A stretch of DNA of 62,723 bases, from NCBI GenBank assembly GCA_008632985.1, contig QPGO01000188.1:62001-124723 (forward strand). The letters run 5' to 3'. Of the stretch, positions 60,461 through 62,723 are shown one piece after another. This DNA comes from Psammoneis japonica. Taxonomy: Eukaryota. Position 1 is the stretch's first letter, and each line of letters starts with the position of its first letter. The notes under the pieces were generated by a model. The model ran no database searches, was not told the origin of the DNA, and worked only from the letters and a program-made list of their open reading frames with translations. A program made the translations under genes and the position numbers.

Positions 60461-62723
60461 GTGTGCCAGGCCCTGGTTTGTGTTGGCAGCTTCCGGCAGC
60501 ATTGTCATCTTCAGCACACTTTTTCCTGCATTCGGTGTTTTTTGTGCTGATTTGTGTGATGGTGATGTGCCCATTGTTGCCAAACTGACAAGCCATTGGG
60601 CCTGCAGCTTGCTGCCTGTGTCATTTTGCAACATCAAAGGGTGCAACAATGCAGCTTGCACTTTGTGCCAAAATCATTTGAAAATGTCATGTTGGCCCTG
60701 ATCAATTTTTGCTTGTGGCAAAGCCAAAACATGCACGCCACCCTGCAAAAGAACTCTGGAACAATGAATTTGTGCAGAAGCAGCGCCACAGGGCCCCAGT
60801 GGAAATTCCAAGAAAGTCTGGAATGTCGCAATTTTTTGGCATTCCTGGTGCTGATTCTGCACTGACTTTTGTGCAGTTTCTCAACATTTCAGACTTTTTT
60901 GGCATTTGTGCTGCTTCTGCACAAACTTGATGTTCCAAAGTTTTTCATGGAGCATGCAAAGGTGGGTGGACAACACCAACAACTGTGCACAGAAACTCAG
61001 CTGATGAGACATGATCCCACCCACAGCTCCTTTGCAACAATTTTCTGGCAGCTGCCTGCCAGCGTGCACAGACGTTTGCTGTGCAGCAGCTCTCTGTTGC
61101 AAAGACATTCCTGGCCACTGTCCAATGAGGAGATCTTTCCACCAGCGCTGTTGTTGTTGCACATGCCTTGCTCAGACTGGATGACTGAGGCAACTTGTTC
61201 CAAACTCAGGTGCAAAAACACATGAAAAAAAAGCCCATTTTTGCATGAAACACATGGTCTGATGAACTTGTGGTGCAACGTGGAGGCATGGGCACATTCA
61301 AAAATGTCTTGCGCACACCCAAGTTGTCATTTCTTGAGCATTGATTTGGTGTTTTCTCAGCTCCAAACGGCAATTTGAGAGGCATGGCTGTTTTTTTTTG
61401 TTCTTGTTGGTTTTGCAGACATGCAGTGCTGCCAAGGTTTTCTTTCAATTGACAGCACTCTGTTCTGGTGCTGCAGACACTCAACCAACTGCTTGTGCAC
61501 ACCCACAATTCTGCTGCCTTGGCTTCATGGCTGCACCCTCTGCATGTTTTTCCACACAAGCTCTGGTGCAGATGTTGCCTTTCTTTGATGCTGTGTGCTG
61601 ACAACAGCTGTTGCCTGCCTGTTCAGACCTGCTCTTTTGTTGGCGTGCCTTTGTTCTGGCGTGATCATCGGCAATCTTGTGCAGTGAAAAACGACTGGCG
61701 TCAAGCCCTTTTGGTTTGATTGCTCAGCACTCTTCTTGGCATTTTTTGTTCTTGCATGCAAAGTTTCCACACAAGTTTCAGCACAATTCCATGCATTCTG
61801 CAAGTCATTTCAGATGGACGATGCCTCAAACCACCAACTGCTCTCTCTTTCCACACCTCTCAAGTGTCAATGACCTCCCTTCTCCCTGTTGTCTGCCCAA
61901 GTTTCCCATGTTGTGTGGCGAACAATCTTCCATTGTTGCAATTTCAGAAGTTTGAAGACAAGACCAACTCAGCATGTGTTGGCCATTCATCCATGTGCCA
62001 ACAAATCTGCGCAAGTTTCAGCACATTTTCCACACATCTCAAAGGTCATTTTGGAAAATTGACCTGCCAAACTGCTGACTTTGGTCCATGCCTCTCCAGT
62101 GTCAACAACTCCCCTTCTTCCCATTGTCCAATTGAGCTCTCCATTCTGTGCTGTGAACAATTCTCTGTCATTGCTGCCCCCAGAAATGTGAATTTGAGCC
62201 CAGCTCAGCATGAGTTGGAGGTCAATTTGTGCCCCATTCCTTCTCATGTTGAAACTCTTCCAGACCTGTTTTTTGCCTTTGCCGCCAAACCCAATCCCAG
62301 GAAGAAAGCTTGGCTGAAGTGTTGGGCACTTTTCTTTTGAAGTCTTGTTGTGCCAGCCCATTTTTGTTGTTTTCAGCTGTTTCTGGTGGGCCTCACAGCC
62401 TTGTCGCATCAATCTTGACCAACTGTCATGCATCCCTGCACATCACGTGATGCACTGGGGGCGCGGGTTGGCTTGTTGCTGGAGTTGCAGGGCAGAAGCA
62501 TGGCAGCACTTCAAACACAGAATTTGGGTTTTGTTTTGCTTGCGCGTGCCCTTTTCATGGAAACACCATGCCAAGTGGGTGATGATGGCTGGGCATTTTT
62601 GGCAGTTTGCTGTCTCTGTTGCAAATGTCATCTGAAGCTCTCTGCAAGATGTGTGGCAATGGCAGCCTTGGCCATTCTGATTTTCCTGATGAGAAGCTCT
62701 GCTCCAGCAATGTGCCTCAACCC

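Larger units (their letters stand above)
49200..62723. other. TpA-depleted domain E (copia element plus satellites and relics)
   Basis: TA rare within the copia element and nearly absent from ~56300 to the end. Confidence 0.9.

Noticed and set aside
56694..60701. Long His/Cys/Thr-rich ORFs as metal-binding proteins
   Set aside because: They are translations of a TA-free satellite that is open in several frames on both strands.
1..62723. Classical RIP or CpG methylation decay as the sole cause of the composition bias
   Set aside because: RIP increases TpA, and CpG decay does not remove TpA. The copia element keeps CpG yet lacks TpA, and the FBPase pair polarises the change as TA->TG/CA.

Overview
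Eukaryotic nuclear DNA, most likely from a pennate diatom. Support: nuclear psbU with a bipartite ASAFAP-type plastid signal, short GT-AG introns, and a CoDi-like Ty1/copia element. The window alternates between two sharply bounded compartments. (1) Gene-rich islands of normal composition (~9.7-21.7, 22.9-29.4, 39.5-42.8 and 44.3-49.2 kb) encode eEF1B-gamma, PsbU, a PDZ/2Fe-2S protein, a HopJ-like protein, PP2C, a CaMK/CDPK-like kinase, a CNBD K+ channel, an HA-domain protein, COX6B, plastid FBPase, an eIF2-alpha kinase, a UBE2W-like E2, an SMP/C2 protein and hypotheticals. (2) Repeat/TE compartments (~1-9.7, 21.7-22.9, 29.4-39.5, 42.85-44.25 and 49.2-62.7 kb) have had the dinucleotide TpA almost erased and replaced by TpG/CpA. 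The main finding is that this erasure looks like a directional, repeat-targeted A:T->G:C hypermutation at TpA, the mirror image of fungal RIP. Four internal lines of evidence support it: conserved Tyr->Cys/His in the copia polyprotein (RT YVDD reads CVDD); a duplicated FBPase fragment with essentially every TpA converted while the source gene is untouched; two LTRs that differ only by transitions; and surviving TpAs that are mostly YTAR, implying a TAY target. Most ORFs in the supplied track that fall in these compartments are artefacts of TAA/TAG loss. Several genuine genes carry single-base frameshifts that are probably assembly errors. All counts were made by eye and family assignments come from motif recognition, not database searches.
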